A program made the position numbers and the translations under genes. This document shows positions 21,531-31,687 of a DNA stretch of 64,000 nucleotides, one piece after another; positions within the stretch are counted from its first letter, which is position 1, and each line of letters starts with the position of its first letter. The DNA is taken from positions 96,001 to 160,000 of the forward strand of contig CAVQBA010000002.1 of NCBI GenBank assembly GCA_963710605.1, written 5' to 3'. The notes under the pieces are model-generated. The model saw only the letters and a program-made list of their open reading frames with translations. It ran no database searches and was not told the DNA's origin. Source of the DNA: an uncultured cyanobacterium (GTDB taxonomy: Bacteria; Cyanobacteriota; Cyanobacteriia; Cyanobacteriales; Cyanobacteriaceae).

Positions 21531-22655
21531 ATGTTAATAGATCATATTCATTTCTATGTTGAAGATGCCATTGAGACTCGTAATTGGCTCATGAAAAAAA
21601 TGGGGTTTCAATTTTTCAATCAAATTGTGAATGAGCATACCCAGACAGAAATTGTGACTTGTAATCAGCAAGTTTTCTTTTTGATTTCTTCTGCTTTAAA
21701 TCGTACTAGTCCAGTTTATGATTATCTGAACAAATTTACTTCAGGGATTGTTAATGTCGCTTTTCAGGTAAAAAATATCGATCGTATTCTTCACAAGTTA
21801 TCAAATATTGATAGCAGTAATATTCTCTATACTCCTCAAACACATTCCTTTCCTGAAGGAAAATTAACAATCGCTAAGGTAAAAGGATGGAATAGTCTAG
21901 AACATACTTTAATTGAAAATAATACTACTGTTTCTTATTCTCATTTGTTATCACGATTAGAACAAAATATTACTGGTAAATTAATAGTAGAAGAAGACAA
22001 TTTATTAACATCTTTATCATCTAGTTTGATACAATCGAATTTAGCGATAATAACAGAAATTGATCATGTTGTTTTAAATGTTGACAAAGGTAAGTTAAAT
22101 GAAGCCGTAAAATTTTATCAAAATACTTTTGATTTTCAAACATGGCAAAAGTTTAAGATTAAAACTGATAAATCAAGTTTGTCAAGTAAAGCCTTAATCT
22201 CTTCAGATAATAATTTTTATTTTAATATTAATGAACCGACTAGCCCAAATTCACAAATACAGACTTTTTTAGACGCTAACGGTGGTTCAGGAGTTCAACA
22301 TTTAGCGTTGAAAACTAATAATATTATACAGATAGTTAGCCAAATGCACGATCGAGGTTTAGATTTTTTAAATATGTCTGATGCTTATTATACTCAGTTA
22401 AAAAAACATGGTAAAGAAGGAATATATCCTGTTTTAACAACCGATGAATGGGAGCAAATCCGTCAACAAAAAATATTAATTGATTTTGAGCCACAAAATT
22501 CGACTGCTTTATTAATGCAAATTTTTACCCAACCAATATTCAATCAACCGACTTTCTTTTTTGAATTGATTGAAAGAAGAAAACAATCTCAAGGGTTTGG
22601 CGAGGGAAATTTTCAGGCTTTGTTTGAATTAATTGAACAACAACAAAATAATTGA
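21531..22655 (+). CDS. hppD: 4-hydroxyphenylpyruvate dioxygenase
   Basis: IDHVVLNV, SQIQTFLDANGGSGVQHLAL, QIFTQP, FFELIER..GFGEGNFQALFE; ATG at 21531 preferred. Confidence 0.92.
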   Translation: MLIDHIHFYVEDAIETRNWLMKKMGFQFFNQIVNEHTQTEIVTCNQQVFFLISSALNRTSPVYDYLNKFTSGIVNVAFQVKNIDRILHKLSNIDSSNILYTPQTHSFPEGKLTIAKVKGWNSLEHTLIENNTTVSYSHLLSRLEQNITGKLIVEEDNLLTSLSSSLIQSNLAIITEIDHVVLNVDKGKLNEAVKFYQNTFDFQTWQKFKIKTDKSSLSSKALISSDNNFYFNINEPTSPNSQIQTFLDANGGSGVQHLALKTNNIIQIVSQMHDRGLDFLNMSDAYYTQLKKHGKEGIYPVLTTDEWEQIRQQKILIDFEPQNSTALLMQIFTQPIFNQPTFFFELIERRKQSQGFGEGNFQALFELIEQQQNN

Positions 22656-22812
22656 CAATTGACACTCACACCAGATTCTTTGGATAAATGATTCACAAAC
22701 GTTATAAAGTAAAGAAAAATATATTTTTGTTAATTATATACTTCATAGATAGAAAAAATTAGATCTAATTCTTGTATTTAGATTACTTAAATTATTCTTT
22801 ATTTTTTAAATT

Positions 22813-23487
22813 ATGCCTAATGTACCTCTTGTTAGTGTTATTGTCGTTGCTAGAAATAGCGAAAAATATTTAGTAGAAGCAATCGATAGCATCATAGCTC
22901 AAACTTATCCTAATTTAGAAATCATTTTAGTTGACGGGCAATCAAGCGATAATACAGCCACTATTGCTAAGTCTTATCCACAAATTAAATATGTTTATCA
23001 GGATACTCTTGGTTTATCTAATGCTAGAAATTTAGGTATCGAAAATACTAAGGGTGAGTTTCTTTCTTTTTTAGATAGTGACAATCGTTGGAGTAGTGAT
23101 AAAGTTGAGTTACAAGCACAAATATTAATTAACAATCCTGAGATTCAATATGTCAGTGCTAACTTACAACTATTTACTACTCAAGATGACGAGAATTTGA
23201 GACAAGGATACCAAGAAAATGTGTTAAAAGAAGCGAAATGGGCGCGTACTCCCGGTATTTTAATGGCAAGAAAAGAATTATTCAATCGAGTAGGAATGTT
23301 TGCCACTGAATATAAAATAGCAGGAGATTTAGAATGGTTTGTCAAAGTACAAAAACAAAATATACCTACTTTTGCCTTACCTAATGTTTTACTTTATAAA
23401 AGAATCCGAGACAACAGTCTTTCTACTCGTAGTCAAGTAAATCGTCAAGAAGTGATGCGAGTATTACATAAATATATGAAAAGTTAA
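22813..23487 (+). CDS. Glycosyltransferase family 2
   Basis: VSVIV, ILVDGQSSD, ARNLGI and FLDSD. Confidence 0.9.
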   Translation: MPNVPLVSVIVVARNSEKYLVEAIDSIIAQTYPNLEIILVDGQSSDNTATIAKSYPQIKYVYQDTLGLSNARNLGIENTKGEFLSFLDSDNRWSSDKVELQAQILINNPEIQYVSANLQLFTTQDDENLRQGYQENVLKEAKWARTPGILMARKELFNRVGMFATEYKIAGDLEWFVKVQKQNIPTFALPNVLLYKRIRDNSLSTRSQVNRQEVMRVLHKYMKS

Positions 23488-23529
23488 CTAACTATTGATA
23501 CTTCTTGATGGCGGATAAATGATTATTAT

Positions 23530-24477
23530 CTACATTGAAGATTGTCGGAGTTTGATAGCTAGTTTTTCTTTCAAATCTGAAGAAATTTCGCTTGATTGAG
23601 ATTTTTGTTTAATAGACCAATGATTAGCAAAAGACTTGTGGGTTAATTGTTCTAACTCATTTGTCCAATTGGTAAAAGTATCTGCTAAAGTAGTCTCTAG
23701 TAACTCCACATCAAGTAAAAACTTTTCGGATTGAAAATCGATAACTTTTTTTGGTACTATCGCTGTCATTTGTTGAGAAGGAAACCAATCAAACCCTCGC
23801 TTAAAACTTTTTCTACGGGCAATTTTTTGTACTAACCACCCTATCCAATGAGTTGTGTCAATTATTTTCATTGTTTGATAGCTACTAGGAAGATAATTTT
23901 TTTTAAAATTGGGAGGAATAAAAGAACAATCGACTCCCAGCCAAGAAAATAAACGTTGAAAAAATTGTTCTGGTGAAGTCGTTAAGGCTTCTAAAGTATC
24001 AATATAAACTGATTGTATTCCGAATAATTGAACATATGGTTTGAGTTGGTAAGCGTAATAGCTACTGTTTAATGTAGTATCATATCGAATCGGCGATCGT
24101 ATTAATCAAAGATCTTACTTCATAGTGTTTTTTAACCAAATGTTTGTATTGGCTTATCATTCTTTCTAAAGGATTGCGTATGATGTAAATAATCTTAGCT
24201 TCAGGTGAGTAATCATATATTCTTTGTGCTACATTTTTTTTAAAAAGCATTCTTGAATAACTAGAACTAGATTCACCAATATACAATTCACTACTTGCTT
24301 CTTGAAAAAGCTCTAAATACTCTTGTTCGGTTAGTCCTAAATTACGAGAAGTAGAGAAAAATCTGGCTCTTTAACCTCAGACATGAATATCTCTGGATGT
24401 GAACTTAAATAATTATGTAGCGATGTTGTTCCTGATTTCATCGCACCTATAATAAACAAGTTCGGTTTATTCGTCAT
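23530..24477 (-). pseudogene. Sulfotransferase, split by frameshifts
   Basis: ATG at 24477 gives MTNKPNLFIIGAMKSGTTSLHNYLSSHPEIFM..KEP (PAPS loop); GESSSSY and IYIIRNPLERMISQYKH in later fragments. Confidence 0.8.
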
Positions 24478-24503
24478 AAAAATAAAGATAGTTTTGATTT
24501 TAA

Positions 24504-25877
24504 ATGCTTAAAATACTTCATATAATTCCTAGGTTATCAAATGCAGGACCAACTCGTACCTTACTAGTAATTATTCAATCTTTAAAAAGAATCAATCCAA
24601 CAATCACTCATAGTATTATTAGTTTAGATAAAAATGTTCATCCTTTTGTCGCTTTAAGAGTAAAAAAAGCAGGGATTAATATAATTAAGACAGAAAATTT
24701 AGATACTACTAAAAAAGAAATTGAAAAAGCAGATATAGTACAAATCCATTTTTGGAATAATCCTTTAATGTACGAGTTTAAGATCGAATTTACCACCGAT
24801 GCGGTTACTATTCTGGTTTAAAATTTTAGGCTATTATGCACCTCAAGTAATTACCAAAGAATTAATAAAATGTAGTGACTATTGTCTAGTTTCTTCTCCT
24901 GCAAGTCTTTCTCTTCCATGTTTCGATAAATTAGCCAATAAAGATAATCAAGTTAGTTTTGCTCTTTCACCTGCTGATTTTACTCGCCTTAAAGATATCA
25001 CTTTTCAACCTCACGATGGTTTTAATGTGGGTTATATTGGTACTGCTAATTTTACCAAGATTCATCCTCAGTTTGTGCAGATGAGTAGTAAAGTCGATCG
25101 TCAGGATACTAAGTTTATCATTTGTGGTGGCAACGACAAAGACTTAAAACAACAAGCTGATAAATTAAATGTTACTCAAAATTTTGAATTTGTAGTTACG
25201 TTGATAAAATTAAAGAAGTATTAGAAATAATCGATGTCTTTGGCTATCCTCTTTCTTCTGATAACTATGCCACATCCGAACAGGCTTTGCAAGAGGCTAT
25301 GTATGCCCAAATTCCTCCTGTTGTATTCGATTATGGTGGGATGAATAGTTTGGTTAAAGATCAAGAAACTGGTTTATTAGTCAATAGTGAAGCAGAATAT
25401 ACTGAAGCAATCGAACTCTTATACGATAATCCTTCTTTGAGAATAAAATTGGGTAAACAAGCTCAAAAATACGCTCAAGAAAACTTTCAACCTGAGAAAA
25501 CCGCCCAAATTACAGTGGATGTGTATCAAAAGTTAATGAGTCAAGCAAAAAATGATTATCGAGGCTTAGAAGATAGTATCAATACGCCTAGTGAAGGGTT
25601 TGCTTCTTCTTTTGGAGATAAGGGAAAAGCTTTCTGGGAAAGCCTCAAAGGGAATAATATTACGATCGCTCATCAAACTATTGCCCAAGCATCTAATGTT
25701 TGTACCTTTGCAGAAGGTGGAATTTTTCAGTATCGTAATACCTATCCCCACGACCCTTATTTGCGATTGTGGGCGGGTTTAATTCTCAAACAAATAGGGA
25801 GAGAAGAACAAGCTAAAAAAGAGTTTGAAGAGGCTTCAAACCTCGGTATCGATCGTAATTTAATCCCTTCAGTATAG
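24504..25877 (+). pseudogene. Glycosyltransferase family 4, split by two frameshifts
   Basis: KILHII..L..AGP, VGYIG, DVFGYP..SEQALQEAM..IPPVV across three consecutive ORFs. Confidence 0.8.
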
Positions 25878-25955
25878 AACAATATTTTATCTATTAGTTT
25901 CAGATATTGGTAGTTGTTTCAAATAAAAATGAGATAATTTGTGATTTAAAATACT

Positions 25956-26009
25956 AGTTTAATTTATTAAACGGATTTTGTTAGCCTTGCAATGATAATT
26001 GCTCGTCGG
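25956..26009 (+). repeat. Dispersed double-hairpin repeat, copy 2
   Basis: AGTTTAATTTATTAAACG...TTAGCCTTGCAATGATAATTGC. Confidence 0.65.
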
Positions 26010-26155
26010 GTTTAGTACTCAAATTTTTCGGTGAATACTAGTATCTCATTCTAAATTGAAATGACTATAACCCTTTTTTGTTACTTTCTATAAACGCTTA
26101 CAATTTATCAGTTTTATTTTCTAACCAAACAAATTAATTATAATAACAAAATAAG

Positions 26156-26869
26156 CTATAAAATATTAATTTTAAAAGTATTTTTGAGATATTCTAACAT
26201 AGACGAAATACTATTTTCTTGTTTTACTTGTTGTTGAATTTTTTGGAAATATAACCAATCAAATTGTGAGGTAGAGGTAATAATTTGAATAGCATCCATA
26301 ATCCAACGATAAGGAGAAACAAATTGAGGATTCTGTCCTTGTATCAATACTTGTAACAACTGATCTTCTGGAGTAAGTATCTTTATTTTATGATTTTTAA
26401 ATTTAATAGTTTTTAGATTACTTATTAATTTTTTTTCTAGTTCTAAATCTTGATAATGATTTTCTGATTCTAGATTATTTTGTAATAAGTATTGGTATAT
26501 ATCTAGTTTGACAGATGTTTTTCGATGTAGAAAACGTAAAATATTATTAACATAAGTTGGTGATATTTCTTGCCAGTTATTACTTAATAAAAGTTCTTTA
26601 AAATAATCTATCTTTTCATAATTAAGTGATAAATCTATTTCTTCTACTGGACGTAACACTAAATCTGGATAGTAAGCTAAATTAATAGCTGTACCTCTAA
26701 TCGCAAATAGAGATATATTTTGACGATCGGTTAAACTTAAAAGACGATCGAGTTGAGTATAAAGTAACTGGTTTTTATACCAAAATTTACGAGATAAACC
26801 TTTCATTAAAGGCGTGTAAGGAGATTCTATATTGTACTTATTTAATCTATGATAAAGAGTAGGAATAAC
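26156..26869 (-). pseudogene. Nucleotidyltransferase family protein (NTP_transf_5-like), 5'-truncated
   Basis: WYKNQ, AIRGTA...YYPD..LRPVEEIDL and LTPEDQLL; frame open upstream to 26869, where a heptamer array starts. Confidence 0.65.
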
Positions 26870-26870
26870 T

Positions 26871-26911
26871 TACTTATTACTCCTTACTCCTTACTCCTTA
26901 CTCCTTACTCA
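26871..26911. repeat. Heptamer tandem repeat (TACTCCT)n at the junction of two truncated genes
   Basis: Direct reading. Confidence 0.85.
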
Positions 26912-28174
26912 TTTCTTATTGATTCGACTTTAATTAATTTTATTAAACACATAAAAATGACAATCGTCAAAAAATTAAATATTAATCCTTCTTATATTAT
27001 TCCTATTAACAAAAACTCGATTCCTCGTACAGCTTCAGGAAAAATAAAAAGAAAACAATTAGTTAGTTTTTTCCAAGAGGGTAAATTCGATAATATTATC
27101 AATCAAATTAAAAATAAAACTAAAAAAGAAAGAAAAGAAAAATATATTAAAGCCGAAAATACGATTGAGAAAGAATTACAAATATTATGGTCAAATTTAT
27201 TTAGTCTTAAAAATATCGGTATCCAAGAAAACTTTTTTGATTTAGGCGGCACATCGCTTTTAGCTTCACAATTAGTGAGTATAATTAATAGTAAATTTAG
27301 TGTTAATTTATTAATTGAGAGTATTTTTAAATATCCAACAATTTATCTACTTAGTCAATATATTCAAAACCAAATCGAGCAGAAAAACCAGAAAGAGAAT
27401 AATCAAAAAAGTAGTCTTATCAAAATAAAAAGCGATGGAAAAAAAATACCTTTATATTTTATAAATTCGACTACTGTTGCTTATAATATTTGTCAGTATG
27501 TAGAATCTCAACAACCTTTATTTGGTTTAAATATTTTTGGTGTAACTACTAGAATCAATAAATCATTTGAGCAATTAACTATGGTAGATTTTGCTCAATA
27601 TTTAATTGAAGATTTATTAGAGTTTCAACCTACTGGTAGTTATAAATTAATTACTTTTTGTCAAGATGGTGCTTTAGCTTTAGAGATTGCTCAACAATTG
27701 CAACAAATGGGAAAAAAAGTTGATTCGCTAATCTTGATTGATGTTTTATTTCAAAAAGAAAAACTAAAATTAAGCGATCGATTTAAATTAATCTATAATT
27801 TTAGAATACCTTATCTTAAAACTAAATTAAATTCTTTATTTAATCAAAAAATATTCAAGGATAAGCAATCAAAAAATATAACTAAAGATAGTAAATTAAA
27901 AGAAAAAATAACTTTAGATGAAAAACTTTATCTAGCTTATTTCCGACAAGCAGAAAAATATAATCCGCAGAAATATAATGGTAAAATAATTTCTTTTCTT
28001 TCTCAAGAGTGGAGTAACAAAAAACAAGATAAATTACAATCAATTAGTGAGAATCCAATAAAAAGTATTACGATTAAAATTCCTCATAGTTTAATTTTTT
28101 ATCCACAATATATTCAGAAGTTTATCAAAGAATTAAATGTTATCTTAAATTGTGATTCAAATAACAATTATTAA
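26912..28174 (+). pseudogene. 3' fragment of an adenylation (FAAL/NRPS)-carrier protein-thioesterase gene
   Basis: IPRTASGKIKR (A10 motif), NFFDLGGTSLLA (carrier Ser) and TE-like QPTGSYKLITFCQDG; the track N-terminus only translates the repeat array. Confidence 0.75.
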
Positions 28175-28322
28175 ATACTTGACATAATCTAATAACTACG
28201 ATTGTTTTTTGCATAATGTCTAACTTAGTTATTCTTTTTAATTGAGATTATCAGCTTAAATTTTATTATATATAAATTGCAAATTTATTTTTTATAAACT
28301 GGTCATAAGTAATTTTTTATGC

Positions 28323-28400
28323 TATAATCTTAATAAGATTGAAGAGTTTCCCCGTTTTGAGCCGTGTGGTTCAGGGCGGGGGACTCGTGCTTATTTTTAT
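28323..28400 (+). ncRNA. Candidate small RNA: -10 box, long G:U-rich hairpin, T-rich tail
   Basis: TATAAT at 28323; GAGTTTCCCCGTTTTGAGCC-gtgt-GGTTCAGGGCGGGGGACTC hairpin in AT-rich intergenic DNA. Confidence 0.35.
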
Positions 28401-28664
28401 TAAGAATAAAGAGCCAGATAAATATTGTTTTAATGTCGATCGGGTTATAGTTTTAAGTAAGATAGCAAACAGAAAAATAGTTAGGAAGGAATTTTTTTAA
28501 TTTGATAAATTAAAATTAATCGCTAATCATAGAATACTTAATTAAACGATTCTATGACTAAGAAGTCACTACAAAATCAGAGCTTATTATCAACAATAAG
28601 GCGAGTGAGATAATTAATGATCAGCAAGACTTTCTAAAGCATTAGGTTGATTGTGTATTGCTAA

Positions 28665-30101
28665 TCAATCAATCAAAGTAGCACTAGCTTCATTTAAGCC
28701 AAGTAACTCAACTTCTACACCTCTTTTACGGTATTTTAAAACAATTTTATCGATCGCCATAACAGCACCTTGATCCCAAAGATGAGAATGGGTAAGATCA
28801 ATTACAACAGAATCATATCCTGCTTGGAAATCAAAAATAGCGAGAAAATCATCGACAGAGGCAAAAAATAATTGACCAGATACACTATAAGTACATTTAC
28901 TACCATCTTCACTTTCTTGTTTGTCAACATAAACCATTTTGGCAATTTTACGAGAGAAGAAAATAGTACTTAAAGTAAAACCAATCACAACACCAATGGC
29001 TAAATTATGAGATAAAACTGTGACTAAAACCGTAGTAATCATCACCGCTGTTTCGTTATGAGGAATACGTTTGATATTTTTGATTGATGCCCAGTTAAAT
29101 GTAGTAATCGAAATCATAATCATTACCGCCACCAATGAAGCCATTGGAATCTGTTTTACCCAATTAGCTAAAACAAGCACAAAAAACAGTAAAGCAACTC
29201 CCGTACTTAAGCTAGAAAGCCTCTGTCTTCCTCCTGACTTAATATTAATAACTGTTTGCCCAATCATGGCACAACCTGCAATCCCGCCAAATAATCCCGT
29301 GACAATATTACCTAATCCTTGGGCTTTGGCTTCTCGATTTTTATCACTAGTGGTGTCTGTTAACTCATCTACTAAAGAAGCTGTCAATAAAGTTTCAAGT
29401 AAACCGACAATCGCCATTGTCAGTGCATAAGGAAAAACAATTTGTAGCGTTTCGGAATTTAAAGGTAGTTGAGGCAAAGCAAAAAACGGCAAGCTATCAG
29501 GTAAATCGCCCATGTCTCCAACTGTTGGCACATCGACTTGACCAACGATCGCAAAAGCTGTTAAAGTAACGATCGCAACTAATGGTGATGGTATTGAAGT
29601 TGTTAGTCTGGGTAACAAATAAATTATCCCTAAACCGATCGCTGTCATCAAATATACTGTAATCGGAGCATTAATCAAATGAGGTAGTTGTGATATAAAC
29701 ATCAGTATAGCTAGAGCATTGACAAAACCCACCATAACTGCTCTAGGTACATATTTAATCAAACGCCCTAATTTACAGAGTCCAAAAATTGCTTGGATTA
29801 TACCCATCAAAATGGTGGCGGCAAAAAGATATTCAACTCCATAATCTTTAACTAAATAAACAACTAATAATGCGATCGCACCTGCCGCCCCAGAAATTAA
29901 TCCTGTTCGACCGCCGAATATAGCAGTAATCACAGCAATAGTAAAAGAGCCATATAATCCTAGTTTAGGATCGACCCCCGCCACGATCGAAAAAGCTAAT
30001 GCTTCAGGAATTAAAGCCAATGCCACCACAATACCAGCTAAAATATCTTTAGGAGTATTAGAAAACCATTCACGTCTCAATTTTGATGTTTTACTACTCA
30101 A
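28665..30101 (-). CDS. SulP family inorganic anion transporter with STAS domain
   Basis: [35 protein letters not shown] and GQLFFAS; an in-frame 16-aa tail follows the TGA up to 28614. Confidence 0.92.
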   Translation of the reverse strand: MSSKTSKLRREWFSNTPKDILAGIVVALALIPEALAFSIVAGVDPKLGLYGSFTIAVITAIFGGRTGLISGAAGAIALLVVYLVKDYGVEYLFAATILMGIIQAIFGLCKLGRLIKYVPRAVMVGFVNALAILMFISQLPHLINAPITVYLMTAIGLGIIYLLPRLTTSIPSPLVAIVTLTAFAIVGQVDVPTVGDMGDLPDSLPFFALPQLPLNSETLQIVFPYALTMAIVGLLETLLTASLVDELTDTTSDKNREAKAQGLGNIVTGLFGGIAGCAMIGQTVINIKSGGRQRLSSLSTGVALLFFVLVLANWVKQIPMASLVAVMIMISITTFNWASIKNIKRIPHNETAVMITTVLVTVLSHNLAIGVVIGFTLSTIFFSRKIAKMVYVDKQESEDGSKCTYSVSGQLFFASVDDFLAIFDFQAGYDSVVIDLTHSHLWDQGAVMAIDKIVLKYRKRGVEVELLGLNEASATLID

Positions 30102-30355
30102 TCAAATTCTCCGTAATGCTATAACAATTAAAATTAATGAATTAAATAAACCTTAAACCTCCTTATATTTTCTACTATCTGAAAATAGGATTTTCTCTTT
30201 GATAGATAACAAATAATACCGTAGATTTATTATTTTTTAGACAATTATTAATAGATAATCTCTAGACAAATAGGTTACAACTATCATTACTATAACTAAG
30301 GATCTATCTCTATTAACGATATTGTAATTAATAGTTAATAATTCAGATAATAGCG

Positions 30356-31495
30356 TTACTTAATAATTTGAGCTAATTCTTCAAACCATTGAATTGTCCG
30401 TGGTGATACTTCATTTTGTTCTTGAATTAATTCAATTACTGATTTTGATGATTCAATGGTTTGTGCTAAATACGAATCAAGTTGTGATTGAGAGATTAAA
30501 TGAGCTTGAATTAAGTATTCTTCTAATAACAAGATTTGTTTTTCGGCAACAATTAAAGGTAATTTTTCGACAAAAAAAGTGATTGTTTCTGGAGATAATA
30601 AACCTTGCTCAACAGCTATTTCTCCTATGCGTATATTATATTCTCTTTGTTTTTGTATTTGTAAGAGTGTTGCGACTTCTTCAGATGATAAGATACCTGC
30701 TTTGTAAAGTAACATTCCTAGAGGTAAAGATTTTAAATCCATAATCGGATCATTAATATATCTTTTTGAGCGAAATTTAACTACATCGACAAAAAAAGGA
30801 ACACTATCAACTAGATAACGTTTCCATAATCTTTTAGGCTCGGCAACTAAACGATAAAACCATTCAAGTCCTGCATTACTCATCCATTTAGGGGCACGAC
30901 TTGTTTTTCCCGCTTCAAAATCAATCGTGGCACCGATAGGTAAATAAATCTTAATTTTCGGCATTAGATGACGATATTTTAAAATCCATTTTTCTTGCTT
31001 GGGTGCACCAACACCGATAGCAAGAATATTTGCACCTGAATTATTAATTTTTTCAACTATTTCTAAACATTCAGTTTCATTTTTTTCAAAACCAAAGCTA
31101 GGAGATAATGCCGAAACAACTATCTCTCTACCTACTTTATTATTAATATTTGTTTTGGCTTGTTCAGCGACACTATCTGTACCACCTAAAATAAAAATTT
31201 TAACTTTTTCGTTGTTTTTATGATATTCGTAAAAAGCAGGAAATAAATCAGAACCTGAAATTTTTTCTGGTACTGGCTGACCTGAGAATTTCATTCCATA
31301 TTGAAGAATACGACTATCACAAACGACACAGTCAGCAATACGATATATTTTTAAAAAATCTGGATCTGTTTTTAGTTTGACTAAATGATCGACGTTAGGA
31401 GTTAAAATTAAAAGCGTTTCGTTATTAGTTCTTTCTAATAATTCTGATAGCTTAATATTATCTAAATCAATGTTTAAAAAGTTAATTTTGGTCAT
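30356..31495 (-). CDS. WecB/TagA/CpsF glycosyltransferase with C-terminal MshEN-like repeats
   Basis: TPNVDH, ISGSDLF, GVGAPKQEKW and GLEWFYRL..EPKRLWKRY. Confidence 0.9.
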   Translation of the reverse strand: MTKINFLNIDLDNIKLSELLERTNNETLLILTPNVDHLVKLKTDPDFLKIYRIADCVVCDSRILQYGMKFSGQPVPEKISGSDLFPAFYEYHKNNEKVKIFILGGTDSVAEQAKTNINNKVGREIVVSALSPSFGFEKNETECLEIVEKINNSGANILAIGVGAPKQEKWILKYRHLMPKIKIYLPIGATIDFEAGKTSRAPKWMSNAGLEWFYRLVAEPKRLWKRYLVDSVPFFVDVVKFRSKRYINDPIMDLKSLPLGMLLYKAGILSSEEVATLLQIQKQREYNIRIGEIAVEQGLLSPETITFFVEKLPLIVAEKQILLLEEYLIQAHLISQSQLDSYLAQTIESSKSVIELIQEQNEVSPRTIQWFEELAQIIK

Positions 31496-31687
31496 GACAA
31501 TAAGAACTTATCTTTAGGATAATTTACTCATAAAATTTTAATAAAAAATCGATCGATAGTAAAAAAATAGCTGATTTTTAATAAATTAAGATTTATTTGA
31601 TTTAGTAGAACAAACCAAAAATTCGCTTTCAAGCCTTAAACATTGGTTGATGAACAGCCATAAATAAAACTGACTGTTTATCATAAC

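Noticed and set aside
25566-25782. Two small ORFs overlapping the GT4
   Set aside because: Shadow or alternate frames with no support
26849-26911. ORF-track N-terminus of the NRPS-like ORF
   Set aside because: It translates the heptamer array (LLTPYS) and overlaps the opposite gene remnant
28665-28667. TGA recoding or an alternative genetic code
   Set aside because: TGA terminates normal genes elsewhere (e.g. 22655, 47265, 53218) and Trp uses TGG; a point change is simpler
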